Shown: positions 42,104-51,585 of the stretch, one piece after another
Position numbering within the stretch: position 1 is the stretch's first letter
How the letters are laid out: each line of letters opens with the position of its first letter
DNA from: a virus
Taxonomy: Duplodnaviria; Caudoviricetes
Strand: one strand, 5' to 3'
IMG/VR virus record: IMGVR_UViG_3300035152_000033
Location: 15,980-79,979 of that record
Length of the DNA: 64,000 nucleotides
Made by a program: the position numbers and the translations under genes
The notes under the pieces: model-generated
Seen by the model: the letters and a program-made list of their open reading frames with translations, nothing else
Told to the model about the DNA's origin: nothing
Databases searched by the model: none

Positions 42104-44311
42104 TTACACCTCCTCATTATCCAATGGTTTATTACATACAGGACACAAAGGATTTTCTTTTATAAAATCCTTTAAGGCTATTTTTCTTTTGTCTAACTCC
42201 ACCATAACAACATCTTTCTTATCTCTGGACTTACTTAAAAGATTCTCAGCTCTATCTATTTGAGCAATAGCCCTTTTACTATCAAGATAAGAAGAAATAT
42301 CAGGCAACTTAATAAAATTAATAATCTTTAACCTGGCTAAACTATCCTCAGAAACTTTTACTTTTTGATCAGTTACCACTAAATTTTTAATTATATCAAT
42401 TAGTTTATTATACCGATCAACCATATTAAAAAGCCTGTTAATTTTAATATTTTCTGTATTTCTCCAATGAGCAACTTCATCATAAGTCTTATCCATAAAT
42501 ACTTTTAATTGCTCTAATTTTAAGGCTATATCACTAAAAACATTTACAGCTAATAATTTATCATTAAGTAATTTTAAATTAGTTTCTAACCCCTTTAAAG
42601 TTGTTTTAAGGTTATTTACAATCACTATACTATTTTTCATTGACTGAGAATACATGAGTAAATTTTTCTCTATCTCAGCCAAAGCCTCTAAAGCCTTAAT
42701 TTTATTTTGTACTTTTTCTCTAGCGGCTTTTAAAACCTCTAAAAACTTCCTTTTACTTGCTAACTGGGAATATTTCTCTTTGTCTCCCCTTAAGGCAATT
42801 AAATCTTTTTCTCTAATAAGTTTCAATTTATTTTTATTTATTTTTTTCTTATTAGCCTCTTTATTAGCAGCTATTAGAAGATTTACATTAGTAATCTCTC
42901 CTAATATTTTTGCTACCATAGAGCCAGACGCATCACAGAGAAAAGGTAAATCAAACTGTCTATCAAAATTAACCAAAAACTTACTTCCATCAATAGAAAT
43001 TTCACTCATTCGCAAAAAGCAAGTTACTTCCTCAGGACAACCCCTGCCAACATTTTTCAATAGTTCACCATCAACAGCATAATTATTTATATTTTTACCT
43101 TTGACCCATTCCACTACATGACCATCTAAAGTCATAGAAATATGAGTCTTATTAGACCCAACAGGTATATGAGACCAATCTGAGCCACATACAGCACTAT
43201 TAACAACCATAGCCTCCAAAGCACGAATTAAAGCACTTTTCCCACTATTACCAGTAATAAATATTTTATTATTTCTACGTAAGATCAATTTTTCAGATGG
43301 TACCGTAAAACAATACTTATAACCATCCTTAGTTTTATATTTATTTATAGGCGTTTTTTCACAACCAATACTTTTCCTTTCTTGAGTGAACCCAACTAAA
43401 GTCCTTTTTGTGAAAATTACAGTATAATCTATTGATTTTCTTGTATATTCTTTACCCCCAATTATCCTTTTTTCACCTCTTCTATCAGCTGTTGAAATAT
43501 AACTTCTATAACCACAAACAGAACCTACAAATTGAATAAAATCCGCATCTTTTTTTATAGTAGTATGCCAGGCCTTTCTAGTTTTAAGATATCCATCCCA
43601 ATGAAACATCTCATCATATATAAGCTCAAACTGTTTTTTTGTACAATTATACCAATGACTACCAAATGATTTTGTTGTCTCGTATTTAAAATAAAATACA
43701 ATATAACCACCTTTTTTTGTACGTTCTAGAAATCTAATATTATTCAACTTTAAAAGTTCTCTAAATCTGTCTATTTTTCTTTGTTTCTTTAAACTCACTC
43801 TCCAATAAGATGTATTCACATTCATAAGATTTCCATCAGCTTTAATCGCAACTCTTAATCTTATTGAAGCATCACTATATTTTAAACCTTCACCAGTATA
43901 ATTAAAAGTTGTTATAAATCTACCTCTGAAAAAAGTGGCTCTCTCATTATTTTCTCTGACTTCTTTAAATGTTTTATGATACAAATTATTTTTTGAAGTT
44001 ATATAATAAACATTATGCTCATCACTTAAACATTGATCGATACCATAACCAGTCTTAAAATGCCATAAATAATCCGCTTTATATTTATGATACTCTAAAG
44101 GATAAACCAAAGCAGACAAACCAAGATGATTATATTCTAAAACCTTATCCCCTTTTTCATAATCACTAATCTTCTTCCATTCATAACCATTAAAGAACTC
44201 AGTGTCACAATCTACACAGCCACTCTCTCCAATAATAGCAGTAAATTTACCAGGCTCTATAACAACATCAGATAAAGACTGGTAATTTTTTATATCTATT
44301 CTTTCCAGCAT
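42104..44311 (-). CDS. Rad50/SbcC ATPase, N-terminal half, intein-containing
   Basis: IKNYQS; Walker A GESG|SGKS reconstituted after intein removal; Q-loop-like DRQFD; coiled coil; terminal zinc hook CPVC. Confidence 0.88.
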   Translation of the reverse strand: MLERIDIKNYQSLSDVVIEPGKFTAIIGESGCVDCDTEFFNGYEWKKISDYEKGDKVLEYNHLGLSALVYPLEYHKYKADYLWHFKTGYGIDQCLSDEHNVYYITSKNNLYHKTFKEVRENNERATFFRGRFITTFNYTGEGLKYSDASIRLRVAIKADGNLMNVNTSYWRVSLKKQRKIDRFRELLKLNNIRFLERTKKGGYIVFYFKYETTKSFGSHWYNCTKKQFELIYDEMFHWDGYLKTRKAWHTTIKKDADFIQFVGSVCGYRSYISTADRRGEKRIIGGKEYTRKSIDYTVIFTKRTLVGFTQERKSIGCEKTPINKYKTKDGYKYCFTVPSEKLILRRNNKIFITGNSGKSALIRALEAMVVNSAVCGSDWSHIPVGSNKTHISMTLDGHVVEWVKGKNINNYAVDGELLKNVGRGCPEEVTCFLRMSEISIDGSKFLVNFDRQFDLPFLCDASGSMVAKILGEITNVNLLIAANKEANKKKINKNKLKLIREKDLIALRGDKEKYSQLASKRKFLEVLKAAREKVQNKIKALEALAEIEKNLLMYSQSMKNSIVIVNNLKTTLKGLETNLKLLNDKLLAVNVFSDIALKLEQLKVFMDKTYDEVAHWRNTENIKINRLFNMVDRYNKLIDIIKNLVVTDQKVKVSEDSLARLKIINFIKLPDISSYLDSKRAIAQIDRAENLLSKSRDKKDVVMVELDKRKIALKDFIKENPLCPVCNKPLDNEEV
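43247..44218 (-). mobile_element. Intein (324 aa) with LAGLIDADG-type endonuclease
   Basis: Begins CVDCDTEF, block B LSDEH, VAIKADG and FHWDG helices, block F YCFTVP, ends ITGN followed by Ser. Confidence 0.9.
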
Positions 44312-44608
44312 AAGACTCCTCCTAATCTTTTTTTATACCATTAAAACTTATAATCATATCCTTAGCCTTTTTATTAATCATAACTCTCACATTATTTTTA
44401 TTAATCTCTTCTAACTCCTCTAATCCCTCTAATAGAATCCTTTTATAACTTTTAACGACCTGACATCTGATCAGGTCATTAAAAGCACTATTTTTCACTA
44501 TACTTACTTTATTATATAAAGACTTACTACAGACTTTTAAAAGTATTATCTGGATAAGCATCCATAATAAAGTCACTCCTATTACCACACATAAAATATA
44601 GAATTGCA

Positions 44609-45634
44609 TTAATCTACATCCAATAAACTATGGCAAGTAGGGCAAAAACTGGAATGCTCAGCTACGCCACTAGCTAACATTTGTAGGGATTGTATCATGT
44701 TAGGATTCTCTAAAAACTCACTAGAATTAGCTGCAGAAGTTATAGCGTTAAAAACATCATACATATTTTTAATTTCTCCTGCATTTATGATTTCATCAGT
44801 TATAGCCTCTCTTAATTTAGAAGTCACATTAAACTCACTAAAAATATTTTTTAATAATTCGGACCCATGATCATTAATAGGAATCTCTTGTAAATGCTTA
44901 ATTCTTTCAAACTCAGAAGTAATCTCCGTCTGAGCTTGCGTAACACTATTTTTTACCCATTCTTCCAAATGTTCGCTATTAGAACGCCTTGACCATTTGG
45001 ATAGAATATTTTGCGATATCATACCATTAGAACAAACTAAACGATATACATAGCCTGAAATAGTAAAAACCTTTTCTCCAAGAATATGATCTTGAACAGA
45101 AATGCCGCCTCTGACCACATCACCTACATTCATAGCCTCTTCTTGGTTTGAGACTACAGAGTAATACAACCCTCTATCAAAGCTATGATGCACCTTATCA
45201 TAGATAAGGTTGTCTTTTTCTAAACTAGTAGGAGCCAAAGTATCCTCAATAATTTCAAGGACCTTAACTCTACTATAATAATCAGTTGAACCTTTAATAA
45301 AAGAAACCACATTATCCCCAGCAATTAATAATTTTCCATCATCTGACTTAGTATTAAACCAATGATTAAAATGAGGATTCATTAAATGCAAAGATTCATC
45401 ATTGAATTTTTTTACATAAGTAGCGGGTACACCGCAAATCCTAGAAGCTTTAATAAAAGCCTCCTTAGACAATTTAAACTCCTCATTATCCAAACGGAAT
45501 AACATATTACACTCATTATCTTTAGTAAACTCTATCCTATTACTACCCATTCTAAAGGGTATTTCTTTAAAGCCATCAGTAGGCTTTAATAACTTAATTA
45601 CTTCATCTCTAGAAAAACTTTTATCATTTCTCAT
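44609..45634 (-). CDS. DUF932-like protein
   Basis: GISVQD...GYVYRLVCSNGMI and NMYDVFNAIT. Confidence 0.65.
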   Translation of the reverse strand: MRNDKSFSRDEVIKLLKPTDGFKEIPFRMGSNRIEFTKDNECNMLFRLDNEEFKLSKEAFIKASRICGVPATYVKKFNDESLHLMNPHFNHWFNTKSDDGKLLIAGDNVVSFIKGSTDYYSRVKVLEIIEDTLAPTSLEKDNLIYDKVHHSFDRGLYYSVVSNQEEAMNVGDVVRGGISVQDHILGEKVFTISGYVYRLVCSNGMISQNILSKWSRRSNSEHLEEWVKNSVTQAQTEITSEFERIKHLQEIPINDHGSELLKNIFSEFNVTSKLREAITDEIINAGEIKNMYDVFNAITSAANSSEFLENPNMIQSLQMLASGVAEHSSFCPTCHSLLDVD

Positions 45635-45661
45635 ATAACAACCTCCATTTTTTTATTAAAT

Positions 45662-45694
45662 ATTATACCTATAAAATCTATAAAGAGACTGTTT
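45662..45694 (-). promoter_or_regulatory. Class II promoter (SbcCD/dnaN operon)
   Basis: AAACA-N22-TATAAT. Confidence 0.65.
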
Positions 45695-46880
45695 TATTTT
45701 TATTATTTGTCTCTTCTAATAATTCCTCAGGCAACTCTTGAGTTGGTCCATCTTCGACTAAAGCGTAACTATCTTCTATTTCCGTTCTAGTCTCCACATA
45801 TTTCATATCTTTATCAATAGCATCTTTTAAATCTTTTGATAAAACTTTAAAACCTTTAACCCCAGCCTCTCTAAAGTATGTACATACTTTTTCCAAGCCT
45901 TGAATATTTTTTTCCTCTTTATCATGCCTATATTTAGCAGGCACTTTTAAAAAGGCTCCATTCTTTTTAATCATTTTTCTATCAATAGCCACAAGTATAA
46001 TAGACATTACATCATCTACTCCTATACCATATCTAATGATAAACTCACAAGACCTAAAAGGCGGGGCAACTTTATTTTTAATAAGTTCACATTTAATTTT
46101 AGTGGCCACTAATCCATCTTCCCACTCACCTTTAATAGCATTAAATAACTTACCTTTTACTCCACCTATCTTAGTAAATTTTAACCTCATAGTAGAATAA
46201 AATTTTAAAGCTGACCCACCAGGAGTCGTCTCTTTTTTAATTCCCTTTGCCTTTTCAAAAGGAGTCATGGGTAACCCTAATCTCAATTGATTTATAAAAG
46301 CAAAAGCCACATTAGTATTTGAACAAATGCCTGCCAGTTTTTTTAAAGTCTGAGCCATAATCCTAGCACCATGAGCGACACCACCTGCAGTAGGATCACC
46401 TATATCCCCTTCCATTTCAGCCTGAGTCTTCATAGCTGCCACAGAATCCGCTATAACCAACCCTATAAAACCAGTTTTCATATAAAACTCAGCTATACGA
46501 AAACCTTGCTCCATATATGTTGGTTGTACATAAATAAACTTATCATCCGATAAATCTACTCCTTGAGCGAGCATATATTTTTTATCAAGAGCATGCTCAT
46601 AATCTAAATACAACACAGCTTTTTTTAAAACTCTTTGACATTGAACAGCACAACTGGTCATTACAGTTGTCTTACCTGAACTCTCTAGCCCATAACATTC
46701 TATAATACGACCTAAAGGTATGCCTCCAATACCAGTTATATAATCTATTAAAAAGCTACCTGTAGAAATATGAGGCATAGGTTTAACTTTTCCCTCCAAG
46801 GATATTATGGTATCATCACCCTCAATATCTAAAATATGTTTTTTAGCATCATTCAAAGTTTTTATAACAGTTTTAGCCAT
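45678..46880 (-). CDS. recA: RecA recombinase
   Basis: ISTGS...GIGGIPLGRIIECYGLESSGKTT, DYEHALD, DSVAA, FINQLR, TPGGSALKFY, KNKVAPPF. Confidence 0.96.
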   Translation of the reverse strand: MAKTVIKTLNDAKKHILDIEGDDTIISLEGKVKPMPHISTGSFLIDYITGIGGIPLGRIIECYGLESSGKTTVMTSCAVQCQRVLKKAVLYLDYEHALDKKYMLAQGVDLSDDKFIYVQPTYMEQGFRIAEFYMKTGFIGLVIADSVAAMKTQAEMEGDIGDPTAGGVAHGARIMAQTLKKLAGICSNTNVAFAFINQLRLGLPMTPFEKAKGIKKETTPGGSALKFYSTMRLKFTKIGGVKGKLFNAIKGEWEDGLVATKIKCELIKNKVAPPFRSCEFIIRYGIGVDDVMSIILVAIDRKMIKKNGAFLKVPAKYRHDKEEKNIQGLEKVCTYFREAGVKGFKVLSKDLKDAIDKDMKYVETRTEIEDSYALVEDGPTQELPEELLEETNNKNKTVSL

Positions 46881-47048
46881 TACTATCCTCCTCTTTAACA
46901 CAATCCTTAATTCCTTGATAATTACATGTACCTACTTGAGTCAAATCACACTTGCTTTTAGGTCCATATCTAAAATAAACACATCCCGAACATTTATCCC
47001 AGCACTCTTGTATTTCTCCTAAATCTCTACCCAACAATAACAACTCCT

Positions 47049-47399
47049 TTAAATAAATTTTTTTGGAGGTATCGGAAAATCACCTTTTTGATTCCTCCAT
47101 ATATGTAAACAATAAGGATGCTTACTAACATTATCGGCCTCAGCAGGATGAAACTGAAAAGCAAACTCATCCTTTTTAAAAAACATTTCTTTTATTACTT
47201 TCATTTCTTTCCACTTAGGACATCTTTCTATTATTTGACCTGATTTATTTTTAACACTTACAGAAATATGATCAAAACCGCCATTAGTAGACACCCTAAC
47301 CATTAAATTTATAATATTACTAATAGGTATGATATAGGTTTTAACTACCCCAGTATCATGAATTAACATATTATTTAATCTATCTAAATCATTTCTCAT
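47049..47399 (-). CDS. Conserved phage protein
   Basis: HISVS...RCPKWKEM...QFHP...HPYCLHIW pattern common in phage hypothetical proteins. Confidence 0.6.
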   Translation of the reverse strand: MRNDLDRLNNMLIHDTGVVKTYIIPISNIINLMVRVSTNGGFDHISVSVKNKSGQIIERCPKWKEMKVIKEMFFKKDEFAFQFHPAEADNVSKHPYCLHIWRNQKGDFPIPPKKFI

Positions 47400-47582
47400 T
47401 ATTAAACTCCTTCTTACAATCAGGACAATATTCTGCCCAATCATCAGCATTAATCCCTACTTTTATACTTTTCCACCTATTATCTTTCTTATAATCAACA
47501 GCTTCCCCAAAAGAATCTACATTCACTCTCAGGCCACAGCCATCACACTCTAAAAAATACTGTCCTCTAATATTATCAATCA

Positions 47583-48251
47583 TTATTTTTTCACCTCCAA
47601 AAGACTATATAAAACATCATCATTTAATAATAAATCCTTATTATCCATTAAGCCATTTTTAGTTTTAGAGTTAATAAATATCTTTTTCCTAATTGGTGAT
47701 AAGATATCACTAGAGACACCCATTAAGAAAAAACAATAATAAACTCCTATTACACCATGTACAAAAGCATCAGTACAATCAGACCTCTCCTTAGCATAAT
47801 GTCTGGTTGACTCATACTTAAACTCTTTTTTAACCCAATCAACAATAACTCTTTTAGCAGCTCCACCTTTAGGAGCTTTCCTACCATTAGCAATAAAACT
47901 TCTAAACTTAGCAGGATGATTTAAAAGCATACTAAATTTACGCTCATAATGAAAAGCCCTGATAATGCCATTAAACTCCCCTAAAGAAAATGCTACATGA
48001 CTCATACCATTAATGTAATCCTCATTAACTATTAAATCTACTCCATTATATTTCTTATCCATAGCCCAGGTAAACTCAAAAACACCCTCAGCATTCTTAT
48101 ACCTGGATTTAAAATTATTCTCTATAGTAAAAGACTTCTCAGCTAAAGATTTAAATTTTATATCATTTCCAGTAAATTCACCCCTTACTAAATTTAAGCC
48201 AGAACTAATAGAAGCTATATCCTGTCCTAACACATAAACAACTTTTTTCAT
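47583..48251 (-). CDS. RuvC-like Holliday junction resolvase
   Basis: VLGQDIAS..SG, IVNEDY, LGEFNGII, DCTDAF. Confidence 0.72.
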   Translation of the reverse strand: MKKVVYVLGQDIASISSGLNLVRGEFTGNDIKFKSLAEKSFTIENNFKSRYKNAEGVFEFTWAMDKKYNGVDLIVNEDYINGMSHVAFSLGEFNGIIRAFHYERKFSMLLNHPAKFRSFIANGRKAPKGGAAKRVIVDWVKKEFKYESTRHYAKERSDCTDAFVHGVIGVYYCFFLMGVSSDILSPIRKKIFINSKTKNGLMDNKDLLLNDDVLYSLLEVKK

Positions 48252-48271
48252 TTTATCCTCCAAAAAATTTA

Positions 48272-48301
48272 AAGCCTATATAAATAAACTATATAGGCTT
48301 T
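48272..48301 (-). terminator. Intrinsic terminator after SSB
   Basis: AAAGCCTATATA/TATATAGGCTTT. Confidence 0.7.
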
Positions 48302-48312
48302 ATAATATAAAA

Positions 48313-49488
48313 CTATGAATTTAATAAGCTATCAAAATCCACCGTATCCACTTTAACATTATCAGCAGGATTACTACTAGGCAAATTATTAAGAGGATTA
48401 TCAGAGTCAGTATAATTATTGCTAGGTACATTATTATCCACTTTAGATAAATCTTTTGCCCCTCCATTAGTAACTACCCCAGGATTTTGACCTTGATTAT
48501 TGCTAGGTATATTATTGCTAGGTACATTATTGCCTAATAAATCATCAAAATTATTGCTAGGTACATTATTATTAGCAACATTAGTGCTAGGTGTATTAGC
48601 AACATTAGGCACATTAGTCGCAGGAGTCTGGTTTTGCACATTAGGCACAACATTATTAACAGGAGTTTGATTTTGTACATTAGGAACATTATTAGCAGGA
48701 GTCGTATTATTACCTAGCAAAGCAGAAAAATCTGTATTTGCAGGAATATTAGGCTGACCTTGATTAGCAGGAGGAGTAACACCCTGAGCAGCACCATTCA
48801 ATATACTATTAATATCTGTATTGGCATATTGAGGTACAGTTGTAGAAGAACCAACAGCATCATTTATAACTTTGTCGATATCTTCTAATTTGGTAACATC
48901 TCGACCTAATAATCTCCTCATATCTTGACCGTATTTATGTTGTGTGTTCTTATACTCCGCTACAACTTGAGCCTTTAGATTAGCATCACTAAGCCATAAA
49001 GCCTCAGGTAAAACATCCATTCTAAATTTCTGGTATTGTTTACCCAAGCACTCAACAAGGATATCTCTTAATCTCAAATCTCCCCATTGTTCTTTTTTAT
49101 TAACTAAGTCATTAAATTTATCATCCCCAAAAAGCCAAGGGATAATTTCAAAGCTTATAGGAGGACCTATAGGCATACCCGCTTTATTTGTTCTATACAA
49201 CACTAACCAAGTAACAAATCTCCTCCTAGCAGGTTTAACAGCTTTACTATTCTCAGCAGCTTTACAAAAACGACATTTGCCATCACTACCAGTGTCTAAC
49301 AAAGTTTGATAATCACCATGACAAATAACATACCCAAACTCATCAACCCAATGGGTATACTCAACCTCAATATCTTGCTCAATTAAAGCTATTCTTGCTT
49401 TATAATCTTTATCAAGTTTAAAATTCTCCAAATCAAAAATATTATTTGATTTTTGACTTTCATTAAAGCCTACTTTCATATAAAACAC
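48313..49488 (-). CDS. Phage single-stranded DNA-binding protein (gp32-like) with long low-complexity tail
   Basis: HWV...ICH...CRFC zinc site, OB-like core, acidic/hydrophobic C-terminus VDFDSLLNS; located next to recA. Confidence 0.7.
   Translation of the reverse strand: MFYMKVGFNESQKSNNIFDLENFKLDKDYKARIALIEQDIEVEYTHWVDEFGYVICHGDYQTLLDTGSDGKCRFCKAAENSKAVKPARRRFVTWLVLYRTNKAGMPIGPPISFEIIPWLFGDDKFNDLVNKKEQWGDLRLRDILVECLGKQYQKFRMDVLPEALWLSDANLKAQVVAEYKNTQHKYGQDMRRLLGRDVTKLEDIDKVINDAVGSSTTVPQYANTDINSILNGAAQGVTPPANQGQPNIPANTDFSALLGNNTTPANNVPNVQNQTPVNNVVPNVQNQTPATNVPNVANTPSTNVANNNVPSNNFDDLLGNNVPSNNIPSNNQGQNPGVVTNGGAKDLSKVDNNVPSNNYTDSDNPLNNLPSSNPADNVKVDTVDFDSLLNS
48414..48712 (-). repeat. Coding repeats NNVPSNN and VPNVQNQTP in the SSB tail
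   Basis: Several near-identical AATAATGTACCTAGCAATAAT units. Confidence 0.8.
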
Positions 49489-49499
49489 CTCTCCTCATT

Positions 49500-49982
49500 T
49501 TAATTATTATACCCCAAGCGAATTAAATTAGACTGTAAAAGTAAATCATTTTTACAAGATTCTAAATATTTCATTCTACTTACGGCTATATCTAAAAACA
49601 TAACCAGATCAGCCACAGCATTTTCAAACTTCTTAAGTCTAATCCTATACTCTAAAAGACTAGGATCACTTCTATACGTAGCTTCTCTTTCATGATAAGA
49701 ATAACCTTTATTTATCATTCCTTGAGGTTTAACCTTTAATTTGTCTAGGCCCTCCTCATAAAGGGCCTTAATTTCCTCAGCTCTTACAATAAACTTTCTT
49801 TTAATGTATTTAGCCTCAGATAATAAAAACTCTAGACGACTCATAAAGCCTCTTACTTTTTCTACTTCACTAAAAAGCACCTCATAACCTTTAACACTAA
49901 AATCCGCCGAAGAATTAAAAGTCATATCTCTTATTTCATCATACCATTTAGCGATTAAAGCCTCTAAATTTTCTTTGTCCAT
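49500..49982 (-). CDS. Helical protein, possibly a UvsY-like recombination mediator
   Basis: Coiled-coil, 160 aa, immediately upstream of SSB; function inferred from context only. Confidence 0.4.
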   Translation of the reverse strand: MDKENLEALIAKWYDEIRDMTFNSSADFSVKGYEVLFSEVEKVRGFMSRLEFLLSEAKYIKRKFIVRAEEIKALYEEGLDKLKVKPQGMINKGYSYHEREATYRSDPSLLEYRIRLKKFENAVADLVMFLDIAVSRMKYLESCKNDLLLQSNLIRLGYNN

Positions 49983-49986
49983 ATTA

Positions 49987-50145
49987 TCAATCCTCTACCC
50001 ATTTATAAGTTCTATAATTTCTTACATTTGAAATTATAGAGACAGATACATCAAGATATTTAGCTAAATAAGTTGACGTATACCCTTTACTAGCTTTTTT
50101 GCGTATCCACCTAACCTGCTTAGGAGTTAATTTAACTCTATCCAA
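49987..50145 (-). CDS. 52-aa HTH protein (not in ORF track)
   Basis: TTG start; KLTPKQVRWIR...LAKYLDVSVSIISNVRNYRTYKWV. Confidence 0.65.
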   Translation of the reverse strand: MDRVKLTPKQVRWIRKKASKGYTSTYLAKYLDVSVSIISNVRNYRTYKWVED

Positions 50146-50854
50146 AATAAGTACCTAACTCCCAATTACTTTCAAGTCTTGCCTGAAAATAATCAGCATT
50201 GTGCAGAGCCACACCTAAAGGAGTCTCAGCCTGAGCAACCTCGGCACCAGCTTTCACATACATTCCATCATGATAAGCTATAGCAGCCCATATCTCAGGA
50301 GACGGCTTCCATATATCACTTAAAATAACAGATATAAAATGGAGACTACCCAAAGGTACAGACATGCGAGTTATACGATTTTTATCTTTATTCCTCTCAT
50401 ATTTAAACTCCCCAGGTTTAGTCTTCAAAGATTTTTTAAGATAATAAGGACTACTAATAACCTCATCAGACTTAATAGAGTTAATTTGCACCTGCCCAGC
50501 TTTACCAAGATCATGGAGCATAGCAGCCAAAACAACCTCCAACAAATTAGCACTATCAATAATGCCATAAGCACTATCTAGAGCCAATAACCTGAAGGTA
50601 ACACCCAAAGAATGCCTAAATAAACCTAAAGGCACATTTAAATGATACTTACAAGAAGCAGGAGCCACAAAGAAATCCGAATACTTCCCAACTCTATCCA
50701 TCACCTTATTAAAAATAGGGTTTGCTACAATTTCATCTTTTAAATAATTATAAACAGTAAATAAATCCTTTTCCTCCATAACTGGGCATAAATCAGCCAA
50801 CTTTTTATAAGACCTCTTACTCAAATTATTACTACCATTTTTAACATCATTCAT
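50138..50854 (-). CDS. HD-domain phosphohydrolase (YhaM-like)
   Basis: APASCKYH...GLFRHSL, LHDLGK, IAYHDG, LHNAD. Confidence 0.85.
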   Translation of the reverse strand: MNDVKNGSNNLSKRSYKKLADLCPVMEEKDLFTVYNYLKDEIVANPIFNKVMDRVGKYSDFFVAPASCKYHLNVPLGLFRHSLGVTFRLLALDSAYGIIDSANLLEVVLAAMLHDLGKAGQVQINSIKSDEVISSPYYLKKSLKTKPGEFKYERNKDKNRITRMSVPLGSLHFISVILSDIWKPSPEIWAAIAYHDGMYVKAGAEVAQAETPLGVALHNADYFQARLESNWELGTYFG

Positions 50855-51525
50855 AAAATTTCCTCCTAATTTTAATTTAAACATTAGATAATTCCAATAA
50901 AGAATCAATAATTTTCTTTTGTTCTTGATATTCAACAGTATCCTGCCGTAAATACCCTATAGCAACTTTAAATAAAAGTAACTGTAATAAGGCCTTACCC
51001 TGTAAATATTTTAATTGAACATCAGGATCACACCCATTAATAATAGGATAATCATTACTATCTATTTCAACATGAAACTCCATCATCTCATATTGCTTAC
51101 CTATATTGCATTTACAACCCATACTAATAGTCATAAAACCACTCCTACCTTTTACATATATTAATTACATTATATTTAATCTCCTCCTTACAATGAGGAC
51201 AAACAGCCACTATAGAAAAACTTCCCTCTCTATAAAATTTCCTCCTATCTATAGTGGTCAACATTATAATAAAAGTATGCTTTTTACTCTCAGTAGGTAA
51301 TTTATCACACATATGATCTCTTACCAACTTAGAAGGAAATTTCTTGAGTCTAACAATCTTTACTTGCATAAATAAGCTCCTTTGCTACCTCTTCCATAGT
51401 TCTATAATATTCTTCTAAAGACACCTGACAAAGAGAACATATTTCTTTATCATCATTTTTACACTCAGGATTCAAAGGACATTTCAAATCTTCCATAAAT
51501 TCCCCTCCCTTTTTCTAACTAAAAT

Positions 51526-51558
51526 ATTATACCTATAAAAATAGAAAAAAGACAGTTA
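51526..51558 (-). promoter_or_regulatory. Class II promoter (HD/SSB/recA operon)
   Basis: TAACT-N22-TATAAT. Confidence 0.65.
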
Positions 51559-51585
51559 AGATTAAAAAAATCTTAACCGCAAACA

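Noticed and set aside
49987-50145. Apparent frameshifted HTH pseudogene
   Set aside because: On re-reading, the frame is intact (53 codons including the stop).
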